Assembly (NCBI GenBank): GCA_017439185.1
Contig: JAFRTM010000006.1
Location: 7,979 to 71,978, forward strand
Direction: 5' to 3'
DNA: 64,000 nt
DNA from: Bacteroidales bacterium
GTDB lineage: Bacteria > Bacteroidota > Bacteroidia > Bacteroidales > P3
The notes below the pieces were generated by a model, which worked only from the letters and a program-made list of their open reading frames with translations, had not been told where the DNA came from and ran no database searches. Positions 9,813 to 18,777 of the stretch are shown one piece after another. Position 1 is the first letter of the stretch. The number at the start of each line of letters is the position of its first letter. Made by a program: the position numbers and the translations under genes.

Positions 9813-9850
9813 AAACACGAACAAAACACGAATCAAACACGAATCAAACA
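9813..9850. repeat. 11-nt tandem repeat (AAACACGAATC, about 3.4 units)
   Basis: The sequence reads aaacacgaaca aaacacgaatc aaacacgaatc aaaca. The same unit occurs in inverted orientation at 56243-56267. Confidence 0.8.
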
Positions 9851-9920
9851 TTAATGTGATATTAATAATCTTTGAGTCGTTTTTGACCTTGGTCGGAAAA
9901 AACTATTTTCTTTTTTATAG

Positions 9921-10028
9921 GAAACGCCTTTTACGAAGTAAAAAACATATCAACGTTTCCGAAAAGCGAATACAGAAGAGTTTACTCTTATGTTGAGTCA
10001 AGGAAACGTCTTTCGCAAAGCGAAAAAC
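9921..10028. repeat. Structured intergenic repeat element: one full copy of about 77 nt (9952-10028) plus a partial upstream copy (9921-9956)
   Basis: 9952-10028 aligns at roughly 88 percent identity with 44824-44899. The shared 3' part is GGAAACGTCTTTCGCAAAGCGAAAAAC, which contains the hairpin TTTCGC-AAA-GCGAAA. An outer stem pairs CGTTTCC with GGAAACG. The element lies just downstream of a minus-strand stop codon. Confidence 0.75.
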
Positions 10029-10060
10029 ATATCAACGTATCAACATATCAACATATCAAC
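10029..10060. repeat. 8-nt tandem repeat (ATATCAAC, 4 units) overlapping the stop codon of the aat-folK fusion gene
   Basis: The sequence reads atatcaac gtatcaac atatcaac atatcaac. The TGA stop of the minus-strand gene is at 10056-10058. Confidence 0.8.
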
Positions 10061-11300
10061 ATTCAGGAAGCACCTCTTTCACCTGGCTGTGGTCGGGGCA
10101 TTCCTTGAGGAGCTGAGCCACCGTCTTGCCGGTTCCTGGACACTCGTAGTGGGGGCAGAGCCGAGCCAGGGGCTCGAGGACGAACCTCCGCTGGGAGAGC
10201 CGTGGATGGGGGATCTGGAGGTCGGGGTCGTCGAGTTGGAGGGAGTCGTAGAAGAGGATGTCGATGTCAATGGGACGTGACTCGTAGTGCCTCTTCCCGT
10301 CGGACGAAGGGACCTCGTGACGTTCCCTGCCGAGGGAGTTTTCGACATCGTGCAGAGCCTCTAGGACCTCGTGGGGCGAAAGCTTGGTGTGGAACACGGC
10401 ACAACAGTTATAGAAGCCCTCCACCGGCTCGTCAAAACCCCAGGGGTCGCTCTCGTAGAACGGGGAACTCCAGGAGCCGAAGCCTCCGAGACACTCCTTT
10501 ACCCTGACTGCCGCTTCCCTGATGGTCCGTTCCCTGTCGCCCATATTGCTGCCGAAGGAGAGGACCACGGTGTGGTAGTCCCACTTCTCGGCCTGAATCC
10601 TGACCTTCAAAGCCTCCTTGAGGCGTTCGAGGAAGATGGTTCGTGGGATAGGCTTGGCACCAAGAGATGCGAGATGGGGAGTGGGCTGCTGGGCGTCGAT
10701 GAAGTGGAAACCGTTGATACGGCAGAATTCCACCAGTTTCGCGAACGCCACCTTCGAGGCATCGGGGACGGTGTGGAACATAGACTCGCCAGAGAAGAAC
10801 ATGCCCGTGGAGACGCCGTAGAGTCCACCCACAAGTGAGCCGTCGAGGAAAGTCTCGAAGGAGTGGGCTAGACCCGCCTCGTGAAGGCGGATGTAGGCCT
10901 CTATCATATCCTCCACAATCCATGTGCCGTCCTGTCCGTAAGCGGTGCGGTCCACCGTGGCACAGGAACGAATGACCTGCTCGAAACAGGTGTCCACCCT
11001 GACCTCGAAACGTCCCGATTTGACGGTACGGCGGAGGCTTTTGGAGAAGCGGAAACCGTCCAGGTCCATCACCATCCTGGGGTCGAGAGACCACCAGAAG
11101 ATAGGAGTCCCTTCGGAATACCACGGGAAGATACCTTGCGAGTAGGCCGCGATGAGGCGGTTGACCGAGAGGTCGCCACCGATGGCGAGGAGACCGGCAA
11201 AACCGTCCGCATCCTCGTCGGTGAGAGCCTCCGACGGTTTGGGAAACCAGAGACTGTCGGGGTCGAGGAAGTAGGGATATTTAGGCTTGCGGCGTGCCAT
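10056..11300 (-). CDS. Fusion protein: leucyl/phenylalanyl-tRNA-protein transferase (Aat) N-terminal half plus 6-hydroxymethyldihydropterin pyrophosphokinase (FolK) C-terminal half
   Basis: Single 414-aa ORF. The Aat-like region contains QGIFPWYSEG...FEVRVDTCFEQVIRSCA...GGLYGVSTGMFFSGESMFH. The FolK-like region contains VVLSFGSNMGDR...RPIDIDILFYD...IPHPRLSQRRFVLEPL. Confidence 0.8.
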   Translation of the reverse strand: MARRKPKYPYFLDPDSLWFPKPSEALTDEDADGFAGLLAIGGDLSVNRLIAAYSQGIFPWYSEGTPIFWWSLDPRMVMDLDGFRFSKSLRRTVKSGRFEVRVDTCFEQVIRSCATVDRTAYGQDGTWIVEDMIEAYIRLHEAGLAHSFETFLDGSLVGGLYGVSTGMFFSGESMFHTVPDASKVAFAKLVEFCRINGFHFIDAQQPTPHLASLGAKPIPRTIFLERLKEALKVRIQAEKWDYHTVVLSFGSNMGDRERTIREAAVRVKECLGGFGSWSSPFYESDPWGFDEPVEGFYNCCAVFHTKLSPHEVLEALHDVENSLGRERHEVPSSDGKRHYESRPIDIDILFYDSLQLDDPDLQIPHPRLSQRRFVLEPLARLCPHYECPGTGKTVAQLLKECPDHSQVKEVLPEC

Positions 11301-12805
11301 CAGCCGCAGTGGATGAAGCGCTGCACAAGCTCGAGAATCTTATCGGGGTCGTTGCCGATTTCGGCACGGAGAGTACGGTCGTTATAGGAGCGGAGATCCT
11401 TGATGATGCCGTCGATGAGAGCCGGGGCGAAGACCCCTTTCTCCTCGTAGATTTTGCGGTCTCGCTCGAGGATGTCGGCACTGGCAGCGCAGCTGTCGGG
11501 GAGCACGGCGAGTCGTTTGAGGACCTCTTCGTGCTCGAAGATATTGACGCTGACATAGCGGTCTTTGGCATACTGCACAGCGTTCTCCATCTCGAAGCCG
11601 TGGCGAGCCGCTACAGTCATACCCGCGAGGAGGAGATAGACGTTGGCGGAGCCGTCGGGAGTGCGGAGCTCGATGGTCTGCTTGTGACTGAAGTCCACCT
11701 CCGAGTTTTTCTCGAGAGGGTTGCAGTGAGCCATCATGTTGCCGCTGCCCTTGGTCCAGCCCAGTGGGACGCGAACCATGGCCGAACGGTTGCGGTCGCC
11801 CCAGCAGATGTTGGTGGGAGCCTCCTGATGGGGCACCAGGCGGAAGTAAGAAGTGGGGTTGGTGTCGCCGAAGGCAGTCAGTGAACCAGCGAGGTCGAGA
11901 ATACCTGCTATCGCCTTCATGGCTGTGTCGGTGAGGCCGTCAGGGCCTATGTACATATTCTTGCCGTCCTTGGAGATGCGGGTGTGTATGTGCATACCGC
12001 TGCCCGCCTTGCCGACGGTGATCTTGGGTGCGAAAGTGACGGTCATACCGTACTCATAGGCGAGGGCACGCATGATCCATTTGGCGATGACGAGCTGGTC
12101 GGCTGCATCCTCGAGGGTGGTGGGGAGGAACTCGATCTCGTTTTGCTCGTACATGGTGTCGCCCACGGTGAAGTTACCCACCTCGGAGTGGCCGTATTTG
12201 ATGAGTCCGCCTGATTCTGCGATAAGTTTCATAGCTTCTATGCGGTAGTCCTCGAACTTGCAGAAGGGTCTTGATGCGTGGTAGCCGCGCTGGTCGGCCG
12301 GGAGGAATAGATCTTCTTTTTCATCGATTACGTAGTATTCCAGTTCGCCCATGACCTCGAACTCCATGCCGCCGGTGGCTTCACGGAAGGCTTTGCCAGC
12401 CTTGGCAAGGGTGTATTCGGGAGCCATCTCGAAGGGTTCGCCGTCCTTGGTGTAGAAGTTGCAGAGGATGTCGAGAGTTGGAATTTCGGCAAAGGGGTTG
12501 ATAAAGGCAGTGCGGAAACGTGGTATGACGTAGAGGTCGGAACTTCCGGCTTCGAGGAAGGGGAAGAGGCTGGAGCCATCGACACGCTCGCCGGAGGTGA
12601 GAATTTCGTCGGCGTGGGCGAGGGAGTTAATGACGAAGTTGAGAGTTTTGAGACGTCCGTCGTTGGCCATGTAGCGGAAGTTGATCATCTTGATATCGAA
12701 CTCGTCGATGACCTTGAGGATGTCTGCCTTGGTGAATTCCGCCATGGGTTTTTGGAGGAACTGCACGAGGCGGTTGGGGTTGTGTTTCAGGCTATCTTTA
12801 TTCAT
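11300..12805 (-). CDS. glnA: Glutamine synthetase (about 500-aa GlnA family)
   Basis: 501-aa ORF with the GS ATP-binding signature region KITVGKAGSGMHIHTRIS. Its TGA stop overlaps the ATG of the downstream gene by 1 nt (TGATG). Confidence 0.85.
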   Translation of the reverse strand: MNKDSLKHNPNRLVQFLQKPMAEFTKADILKVIDEFDIKMINFRYMANDGRLKTLNFVINSLAHADEILTSGERVDGSSLFPFLEAGSSDLYVIPRFRTAFINPFAEIPTLDILCNFYTKDGEPFEMAPEYTLAKAGKAFREATGGMEFEVMGELEYYVIDEKEDLFLPADQRGYHASRPFCKFEDYRIEAMKLIAESGGLIKYGHSEVGNFTVGDTMYEQNEIEFLPTTLEDAADQLVIAKWIMRALAYEYGMTVTFAPKITVGKAGSGMHIHTRISKDGKNMYIGPDGLTDTAMKAIAGILDLAGSLTAFGDTNPTSYFRLVPHQEAPTNICWGDRNRSAMVRVPLGWTKGSGNMMAHCNPLEKNSEVDFSHKQTIELRTPDGSANVYLLLAGMTVAARHGFEMENAVQYAKDRYVSVNIFEHEEVLKRLAVLPDSCAASADILERDRKIYEEKGVFAPALIDGIIKDLRSYNDRTLRAEIGNDPDKILELVQRFIHCG

Positions 12806-12857
12806 AACTATTGATACAAAGTAATTTAGGTGAAAATATATGTTTTGAATTGTGGGG

Positions 12858-12865
12858 CAAAGATA
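12858..12865 (-). promoter_or_regulatory. -7 promoter box (TATCTTTG) for glnA
   Basis: The plus strand reads CAAAGATA, about 55 nt upstream of ATG 12805. Confidence 0.5.
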
Positions 12866-12998
12866 CGAAATGTTTTTATATTTGCAAGTTTTGTCGGGAG
12901 AATTTCTTTGGAATTTCTTTTGCTAATGACAAAAAAGGGTGGTTCTGGACAGAAAAGAAGATTTTGGAGAAGAAAAAACGGAGAAGGGATAAATGTGG

Positions 12999-13523
12999 TC
13001 AGAGGATGAAGTCGAGGAGGATAGAGACGACCTGGTGTTCGTCGGAGGAGGTGAGGGTGATGTGGGCTTGGGAGTAGAAGGGCAGACGTTCAGAGAGTTG
13101 CGAACGGAGAAAGGCAGGACGGTCGGCCGGAGGGAGTGAGGTGAAGAGCGGACGAGGCTTGTGCGTATTGGCTAGACGGGATAGGAGTGTCTCTTCGGGA
13201 GGGTTTAGGAAGGCAACCTTGCCGTGGTCTAGCATGAAAGCGAGGTTGCCTTTGTGGCAGGGAGTACCGCCGCCGGTGGAGACGATGGAGAATGTGTCGG
13301 GGGAGTCTTCGATGGAGCGAAGGACGGCAGCTTCGAGGGTTCGGAACATCGGCTCGTCGTAGCGTGCAAAGCAGTCGGCCACAGAGAGGCGGTAACGCTG
13401 CTCGAAGAGTGCGTCGGTATCGATGGCCTCGGCTTTGAGGTTCATGCCCCTGAGTCGACGTGCAAGGGCCCGTGCGACAGAGGACTTGCCGCTGTACATA
13501 TAGCCTATGAGGTAGAGGATCAT
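12999..13523 (-). CDS. aroK: Shikimate kinase
   Basis: 174 aa with P-loop GYMYSGKSS and the STGGGTP motif. Confidence 0.85.
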   Translation of the reverse strand: MILYLIGYMYSGKSSVARALARRLRGMNLKAEAIDTDALFEQRYRLSVADCFARYDEPMFRTLEAAVLRSIEDSPDTFSIVSTGGGTPCHKGNLAFMLDHGKVAFLNPPEETLLSRLANTHKPRPLFTSLPPADRPAFLRSQLSERLPFYSQAHITLTSSDEHQVVSILLDFIL

Positions 13524-13532
13524 GGGAGAACG

Positions 13533-15359
13533 TCAGCGGATGATGGAGAACGAAGATTCGTGGGAGTTTCCAGCGGCATCGGAGAGGCGGAAGACGACAG
13601 AGTTGGGGCCTGGCTGGAGGATGCCGCGCACGGGAACCATAAGAGAGGCCGTCTTGGGGTCGTATTCGGCGAGGTGCCAGGAGTCGTTGATGAAGCAGGC
13701 ATAGGTGGCGATCCCAGAGAGGTCGTCGGAGATCTTAACGAGGAGCTCGTTGCCGGCGAAGCGGCGGTTGTCGGCGAAGTTGGAGGGTTTGAGAGAAGGC
13801 GGGACAGTGTCGAGGGCGACGGAGTAGGAGCCGAAAGACTTGATGTCGGTTACGAGGCGGTTGCCCTGGAGCCTGGTGGACTGAGCCGAGAGTCGACTTC
13901 CGTCAACCGAGACGATGACGAGGTGAGAGGCGAGCGAAGAGTAGCCCTCGGGGACCGGGAGCGAGAGAGTCATGGCGAAATGAGGAGGAATGTCGTTGAC
14001 GAGTGGGACGAAGTGGTGGACCGTGGAGAGGAGCGAGCCAGAGGGCTGGAGACGGTTGTGGACGATGGTGTCGTGGTCGTAGAGCGAGTAGGGAGGAATG
14101 AGGAGCGAGACGTCTGAACGGCGGAAACGGAGAGGACGACGGTAGTCGAGAGGTTCCGATTCGCCGCGGGCGACGGCCGGGAGAGGCTCGACAGCAGGAG
14201 GTGCAGAGAACGAACGGACCTTCAGGAGACGTTTGGTGACGTTGCCCTTGAGGTCATAGACGCGATATTCGAGGGAGTGGAGACTGTTGTCAGAGAAAGA
14301 GATGACGCCGTTGCCCGCGACGGGACGAGATGGACTGTTGGGAACTCCCGGGAGAGTGCGGGTGAGGATGTAGTAGTCCTTGGTGGCGGCATACTGGGGA
14401 TAGTCGATAAGAGCGTTGACTGCACGGGTCTCTTCGAAGAGGAAAGTGGGCGAGTTGTAGGACCAGAAGAGGTTGCCGTCGACATAGAGCTCGATGCGCT
14501 CGACCCCGTTGCGGCCAGTGGAAGGCTCAGAGACGTCGTAGCAGAAGATTCCGGCATAGAAGGGGCCGAAGACCTGGAGCGAGTCGGTACGTTTAGTGTA
14601 GGAGCCCTTGCGTCCTTTCTTGGTGACCACGTTGAACCAGGGGAGGCGCGAGCCGTCGAGGACCGAAGAGGGAGAAGCCGGGTAGAGCTTGACATTGGCG
14701 ATGGTGGGCTTGACCGGATCGGTGTAACGTATGCCGAAATAGAGAGGGTTTATAGGCTGGTCGTTGTCGGCGAAACGAATCTCGTAGTGGAGATGCGGGC
14801 CACCCGAGCCACCGGTGTTGCCGGCATGGGCGAGGAGCTGGCCTTTGGTGACGGTGATAGAATCGGGAGGGAGGTCAACGTCGAAGGCAAAAGTCTGGTG
14901 GGCATACTGGTAGTCGCGGACGAACGAGGCGAGCGGCTCACAGTAGTCGTTGAGGTGCATATATACCGAGCGGAGGCCGTTGGGATGGGTGATGTAGATG
15001 TGCTTGCCACCGCCCCAGGGAGAGACACGGATGCGACTGATGTAGCCGTCGGCATCGGCATAGACATTCTCGCCCACCTTGCCGCCCACACGGAGGTCGA
15101 TGCCGCTGTGGTAGTGGTTGGGACGTATCTCGGCGAACGCCGCAGAGAGCGAGACTGGGATATGGAGGGGGTGGTCGAAATAGTCCTTAGAGACGCTGTC
15201 GGGAACCACGGAGTGGAGCGGCAGCGGAGTGGCAACCGGAGGCTCGGGAAGGATGGAGTCGGCAGAAGTTTGAGAACCGCCCTGAGGCTGCTGGCAAGCC
15301 GCCAGCGAGACATGGGAAAGGAAGAGTAGGGAAAGGAGAAAATAACGGTAAAAATGCAT
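13533..15359 (-). CDS. M23 family metallopeptidase (secreted)
   Basis: 608 aa with a signal peptide, HYHSGIDLRV (HxxxD) and GGPHLHYEIR (HxH). Confidence 0.85.
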   Translation of the reverse strand: MHFYRYFLLSLLFLSHVSLAACQQPQGGSQTSADSILPEPPVATPLPLHSVVPDSVSKDYFDHPLHIPVSLSAAFAEIRPNHYHSGIDLRVGGKVGENVYADADGYISRIRVSPWGGGKHIYITHPNGLRSVYMHLNDYCEPLASFVRDYQYAHQTFAFDVDLPPDSITVTKGQLLAHAGNTGGSGGPHLHYEIRFADNDQPINPLYFGIRYTDPVKPTIANVKLYPASPSSVLDGSRLPWFNVVTKKGRKGSYTKRTDSLQVFGPFYAGIFCYDVSEPSTGRNGVERIELYVDGNLFWSYNSPTFLFEETRAVNALIDYPQYAATKDYYILTRTLPGVPNSPSRPVAGNGVISFSDNSLHSLEYRVYDLKGNVTKRLLKVRSFSAPPAVEPLPAVARGESEPLDYRRPLRFRRSDVSLLIPPYSLYDHDTIVHNRLQPSGSLLSTVHHFVPLVNDIPPHFAMTLSLPVPEGYSSLASHLVIVSVDGSRLSAQSTRLQGNRLVTDIKSFGSYSVALDTVPPSLKPSNFADNRRFAGNELLVKISDDLSGIATYACFINDSWHLAEYDPKTASLMVPVRGILQPGPNSVVFRLSDAAGNSHESSFSIIR

Positions 15360-15365
15360 ATACTA

Positions 15366-17036
15366 TTATTTAATATTATCAGACATAAGCTCGCTGGCCG
15401 TTTGGAGAGCCGACGGCGAGGGAGGCTCGGAAGAGAGCATGACTGCCACCTCGTGGATACGCTCGTCGGTGGCGAGAGGCTTGATGCGCGAGACCGTCTT
15501 CAGGCCCGACTCGTCGACCTGCTTGAAGACCTTGAGGTGAGCCGAGGCACGAGCCGCAATCTGAGGAAGATGAGTGATGGCGATGACCTGAAGATGAGAA
15601 GCCATGGAATGGAGGATATTGCCCACGCAGACAGAGATGTCGCCCGAGACACCGGTGTCGATCTCGTCGAAGATGATGGTAGGGAGCAGCGACTGCTGAG
15701 TGACGAGCGACTTGATGGCAAGCATCAGGCGCGAGAGTTCGCCACCCGAAGCTACCTTGGAGAGTTCGCGCAACTCCCCTCCCCTATTGGCATTGAAGAG
15801 GAACGAGACGATGTCGCCACCGAGAGGTCCGAGCTCCTTGGCAGGAGATACCACTACCGAGAGACGAGCCTCCTTCATGCCCAGCTGGGCGAGAGTGGGA
15901 AGGAGCTGCTGCTCGACATACTGGGCCGAGAGGCGGCGTATTGCGGAGAGTTTCTCGGCTTTGTCCTGGACAGCGGCATAGGCCTTGTCCACCTCTTCCA
16001 TGGCATGGCGCACCTGGGAGTCCATCCCTTCCGCCTGCTGAATCTTACCTTCAAGCTCTTGCTGGATGGCGAGGAGTTCGGCGACCGACTGGACCGAGTG
16101 CTTCTTCTGAAGGCGGTAGATGAGGTCAAGACGGGTGTTGACGAATTCCTGGCGGTCGGGCGAGAAATTGAGGTTAGAGTCGATGGAAGAGAGCGAAGCG
16201 AGGATGTCGCCCAACTCGATGATGTTGGACTCGAGGCGAGAGTATAGCTCGTCGAGGTCCTTATGAAACGAGGCGACCTTGGAGAGCTGAGAGCGAGCCG
16301 CATTGAGGAGCGAGAGAGCCGACCCCTCCTCGGAATCGCAAGAGAGGAGGACCGCCGAGAGCGACTGCTTGATAGACTCGGTGTTGGCGAGGAGCGAAGC
16401 CTCCTGCTCGAGATCCTCCTGCTCGCCGTCGGAGAGAGCCGCATTGGAGAGCTCGTCGAAGAGGAACTGGTTGTAGTCGAGGTCACGCTTGGCCTGGGCG
16501 TCGGCAGCAGAGAGCTGCTCAAGGTGACGTTTGAGAGCCATATAATTGGCGTAAGCGGCGCTGTAATCAGAGAAAGCCTCCTTGCCACCGTTGAAAGTGT
16601 CGAGGAGACGGGTCTGGAACGCCGAGCCGACAAGAGTGAGAGTCTCGTGCTGGGAGTGGATGTCGATGAGTTGCTGGGCTATAGAGCGGAGGAGAGGGAG
16701 GGTGACCGGAGTATCGTTGACGAAAGCGCGAGACTTGCCCGCAGGAGAGAGCTCGCGACGAAGGATGAGGTGGTCGTCGTAGTCGAGGTCATTGTCGGCA
16801 AAGGTCTGTTGCAAAGAGAGTTTAGAAATGTTGAAAGTAGCTTCGACGACACATTTGCGCTGAGGGTCGAAAAGGACGTGGGAGTCGGCCCGCTGGCCCA
16901 AAACGAGAGCCAAAGCACCCAGAAGGATGGACTTACCGGCACCTGTCTCGCCAGTGATGACCGTAAAGCCGCTGTCGAAAGAGATGTCGGAAGCGGCAAT
17001 GAGCGCATAGTTCTCGATATGTAAATTTTCTAGCAT
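15366..17036 (-). CDS. recN: DNA repair protein RecN
   Basis: 556 aa with Walker A GETGAGKS, the coiled-coil middle region, the ABC signature ASGGELSRLMLAIK, and Walker B TIIFDEIDTG. Confidence 0.92.
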   Translation of the reverse strand: MLENLHIENYALIAASDISFDSGFTVITGETGAGKSILLGALALVLGQRADSHVLFDPQRKCVVEATFNISKLSLQQTFADNDLDYDDHLILRRELSPAGKSRAFVNDTPVTLPLLRSIAQQLIDIHSQHETLTLVGSAFQTRLLDTFNGGKEAFSDYSAAYANYMALKRHLEQLSAADAQAKRDLDYNQFLFDELSNAALSDGEQEDLEQEASLLANTESIKQSLSAVLLSCDSEEGSALSLLNAARSQLSKVASFHKDLDELYSRLESNIIELGDILASLSSIDSNLNFSPDRQEFVNTRLDLIYRLQKKHSVQSVAELLAIQQELEGKIQQAEGMDSQVRHAMEEVDKAYAAVQDKAEKLSAIRRLSAQYVEQQLLPTLAQLGMKEARLSVVVSPAKELGPLGGDIVSFLFNANRGGELRELSKVASGGELSRLMLAIKSLVTQQSLLPTIIFDEIDTGVSGDISVCVGNILHSMASHLQVIAITHLPQIAARASAHLKVFKQVDESGLKTVSRIKPLATDERIHEVAVMLSSEPPSPSALQTASELMSDNIK

Positions 17037-17041
17037 GGGTA

Positions 17042-17365
17042 TTACTTTTTAGATTTAGAAGGTTTGGGAGCCGGGAGTTCAGAGCAAGTAGCTCTCACAA
17101 GGGCGGCCAAATAATCCGAATTGTCGAGGTCCTCAATGAGAAAATGAGGTTTTGCGCCCGGATAAGGAGGGCGCAAGACTTCGGAACGGAGGAGAGGGTG
17201 GCCCGCCTCGGTAGGTTTCAGGTAGAGAGCATTGTCGCAGATGAGGCCGAAAATCTTGCCGTCGCAATAGATGCCATAGTCTCCGAACATCTTGCGGGCA
17301 GAGATATCGCCAGCGCCACTGCACTGGTCAACGATAAACTGTACGAGGTCGGGATTACTTGCCAT
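17042..17365 (-). CDS. TfoX/Sxy N-terminal domain protein
   Basis: 107 aa. KMFGDYGIYCDGKIFGLICDNALYLK is typical of the TfoX_N domain. Confidence 0.7.
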   Translation of the reverse strand: MASNPDLVQFIVDQCSGAGDISARKMFGDYGIYCDGKIFGLICDNALYLKPTEAGHPLLRSEVLRPPYPGAKPHFLIEDLDNSDYLAALVRATCSELPAPKPSKSKK

Positions 17366-17376
17366 AGGAATCAGGG

Positions 17377-18582
17377 TTAGAGGAGCATAGGTGCTATACG
17401 TTTGAGAGCCGTGGCCAAGGCGTCGATTTCCTCAAAAGATGTATATGTCGCAAAAGAAGCTCGCACTGTACCAGGTATGCCGTAACGGTCCATGATGGGC
17501 TGGGTACAGTGGTGTCCCGAACGGACGGCAATGCCGAGCTTGTCGAGGAGAGTGGCCGTGTCGTAGGGGTGAGCGTCGCCTATGAGGAAGGAGACGACAC
17601 CGGTGCGGTGAGGGGCAGTGCCGAAGAAGCGGATGCTGTCAATGGCAGAAAGCTGCTGGACGACATAGTTCATAATCTGCTGCTCGTGGGCTGCAATATT
17701 CTCGATGCCGAGAGAAAGCATAAAGTCGATAGCCGCGCCAAGACCCAGCACATCGCCCACCGAAGGAGTGCCCGCCTCGAAACGGAAGGGGAGGTCGTTA
17801 TAGGTGGTGCCTTCGAGCTTGACATCCTTGATCATCTCGCCGCCACCCTGATAGGGAGGGAGCTGGTCGAGGAGGTCGCGACGACCATACATCACGCCGA
17901 CACCCATAGGGGCATACATCTTGTGGCCCGAGAAACAGTAGAAGTCGCAACCGAGAGCCTGGACATCGATGGGAAGATGGGCCACAGCCTGGGCCCCGTC
18001 GACGAGGACCGGCACACCGTGGGAATGGGCCATAGAGACAACCTCGGATATGGGATTGACGGTGCCGAGCGTATTGGAGACATGGTTCAGCGCCACCAGA
18101 CGAGTACGATCGGAGAAGAGCGAGCGAAGAGCCTCGAGGTCGAGGACACCCTCGTCGCTGAAAGGGATAAAGCGCAGAGTGGCCTTCTTGCGAAGACACG
18201 CCATCTGCCACGGCACCAGATTGGAATGGTGCTCCATAGCAGAGACGATGACCTCGTCGCCCTCGGAGAGGAAGCGCTCGGCGAAAGAGAAGGCCACGAG
18301 GTTGATGGCCTCGGTGGTGCCGCGGGTAAAAACGATCTCGTCGGAGGAAGCGGCATTGATAAAAGAGGCTACCTTGCGACGGACCTCCTCATAGCGCTCG
18401 GTGGCGAGAGAGGCGAGGTGATGGGTGCCGCGGTGGATGTTGCTGTTGAGTGATGTGTAGTAGTTGCAGAGAGTGTCGATGACACACTGGGGTTTCTGAG
18501 TGGTGGCCGCATTATCGAGATAGACGAGAGGGCGGTCATAGACAGTGGTACCGAGTATTGGAAACTGGTCGCGAATATTCAT
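17377..18582 (-). CDS. sufS: Cysteine desulfurase, SufS-type class V aminotransferase
   Basis: 401 aa with the PLP-lysine region FSGHKMYAPMGVG and the catalytic Cys region RSGHHCTQP. Confidence 0.85.
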   Translation of the reverse strand: MNIRDQFPILGTTVYDRPLVYLDNAATTQKPQCVIDTLCNYYTSLNSNIHRGTHHLASLATERYEEVRRKVASFINAASSDEIVFTRGTTEAINLVAFSFAERFLSEGDEVIVSAMEHHSNLVPWQMACLRKKATLRFIPFSDEGVLDLEALRSLFSDRTRLVALNHVSNTLGTVNPISEVVSMAHSHGVPVLVDGAQAVAHLPIDVQALGCDFYCFSGHKMYAPMGVGVMYGRRDLLDQLPPYQGGGEMIKDVKLEGTTYNDLPFRFEAGTPSVGDVLGLGAAIDFMLSLGIENIAAHEQQIMNYVVQQLSAIDSIRFFGTAPHRTGVVSFLIGDAHPYDTATLLDKLGIAVRSGHHCTQPIMDRYGIPGTVRASFATYTSFEEIDALATALKRIAPMLL

Positions 18583-18588
18583 GATATA

Positions 18589-18777
18589 TCAATTAATGCT
18601 ATTCTTATACAAAATGTAGGAAACTATGAGGAGTGCGAACAGGAGCAAAAGAAAAATGTAGAAAGCGACACTACAACCCCGAGGGGGAAGCGGACGGTCT
18701 TTGCGACGGAAGAGGGAGCCCCAGTCGAAAGGTTCGCGTTGTTCGCGGTCGTGTTTTTGGTGGTCGTTATTTTCCAT
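18589..18777 (-). CDS. Small hypothetical membrane protein
   Basis: 62-aa ORF with a C-terminal hydrophobic helix (VAFYIFLLLLFALLIVSYILY), wedged between dedA and sufS. No homology recognised. Confidence 0.3.
   Translation of the reverse strand: MENNDHQKHDREQREPFDWGSLFRRKDRPLPPRGCSVAFYIFLLLLFALLIVSYILYKNSIN

Noticed and set aside
9952-10028. tRNA or tRNA-like gene, considered because the element is about 77 nt long.
   Set aside because: The stems do not form an acceptor/D/anticodon/T cloverleaf, since the 7-bp stem is internal rather than terminal. There is no GTTCRA T-loop or other conserved tRNA positions. I saw no tRNA or rRNA signature anywhere in the window.
9813-10060. CRISPR array or minisatellite in the short tandem repeats here and at 31167-31208 and 56210-56270.
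   Set aside because: The units are only 7, 8 or 11 nt, are directly abutting with no spacers, and have at most about 6 copies. No cas genes are present.
12877-13077. Plus-strand promoter box (TATATTTG, 12877-12884) with the 88-aa ORF 12811..13077.
   Set aside because: The ORF is low-complexity and runs antisense into aroK. The box may be a chance match in an AT-rich divergent promoter region, and there is no terminator or structure to support a transcript.
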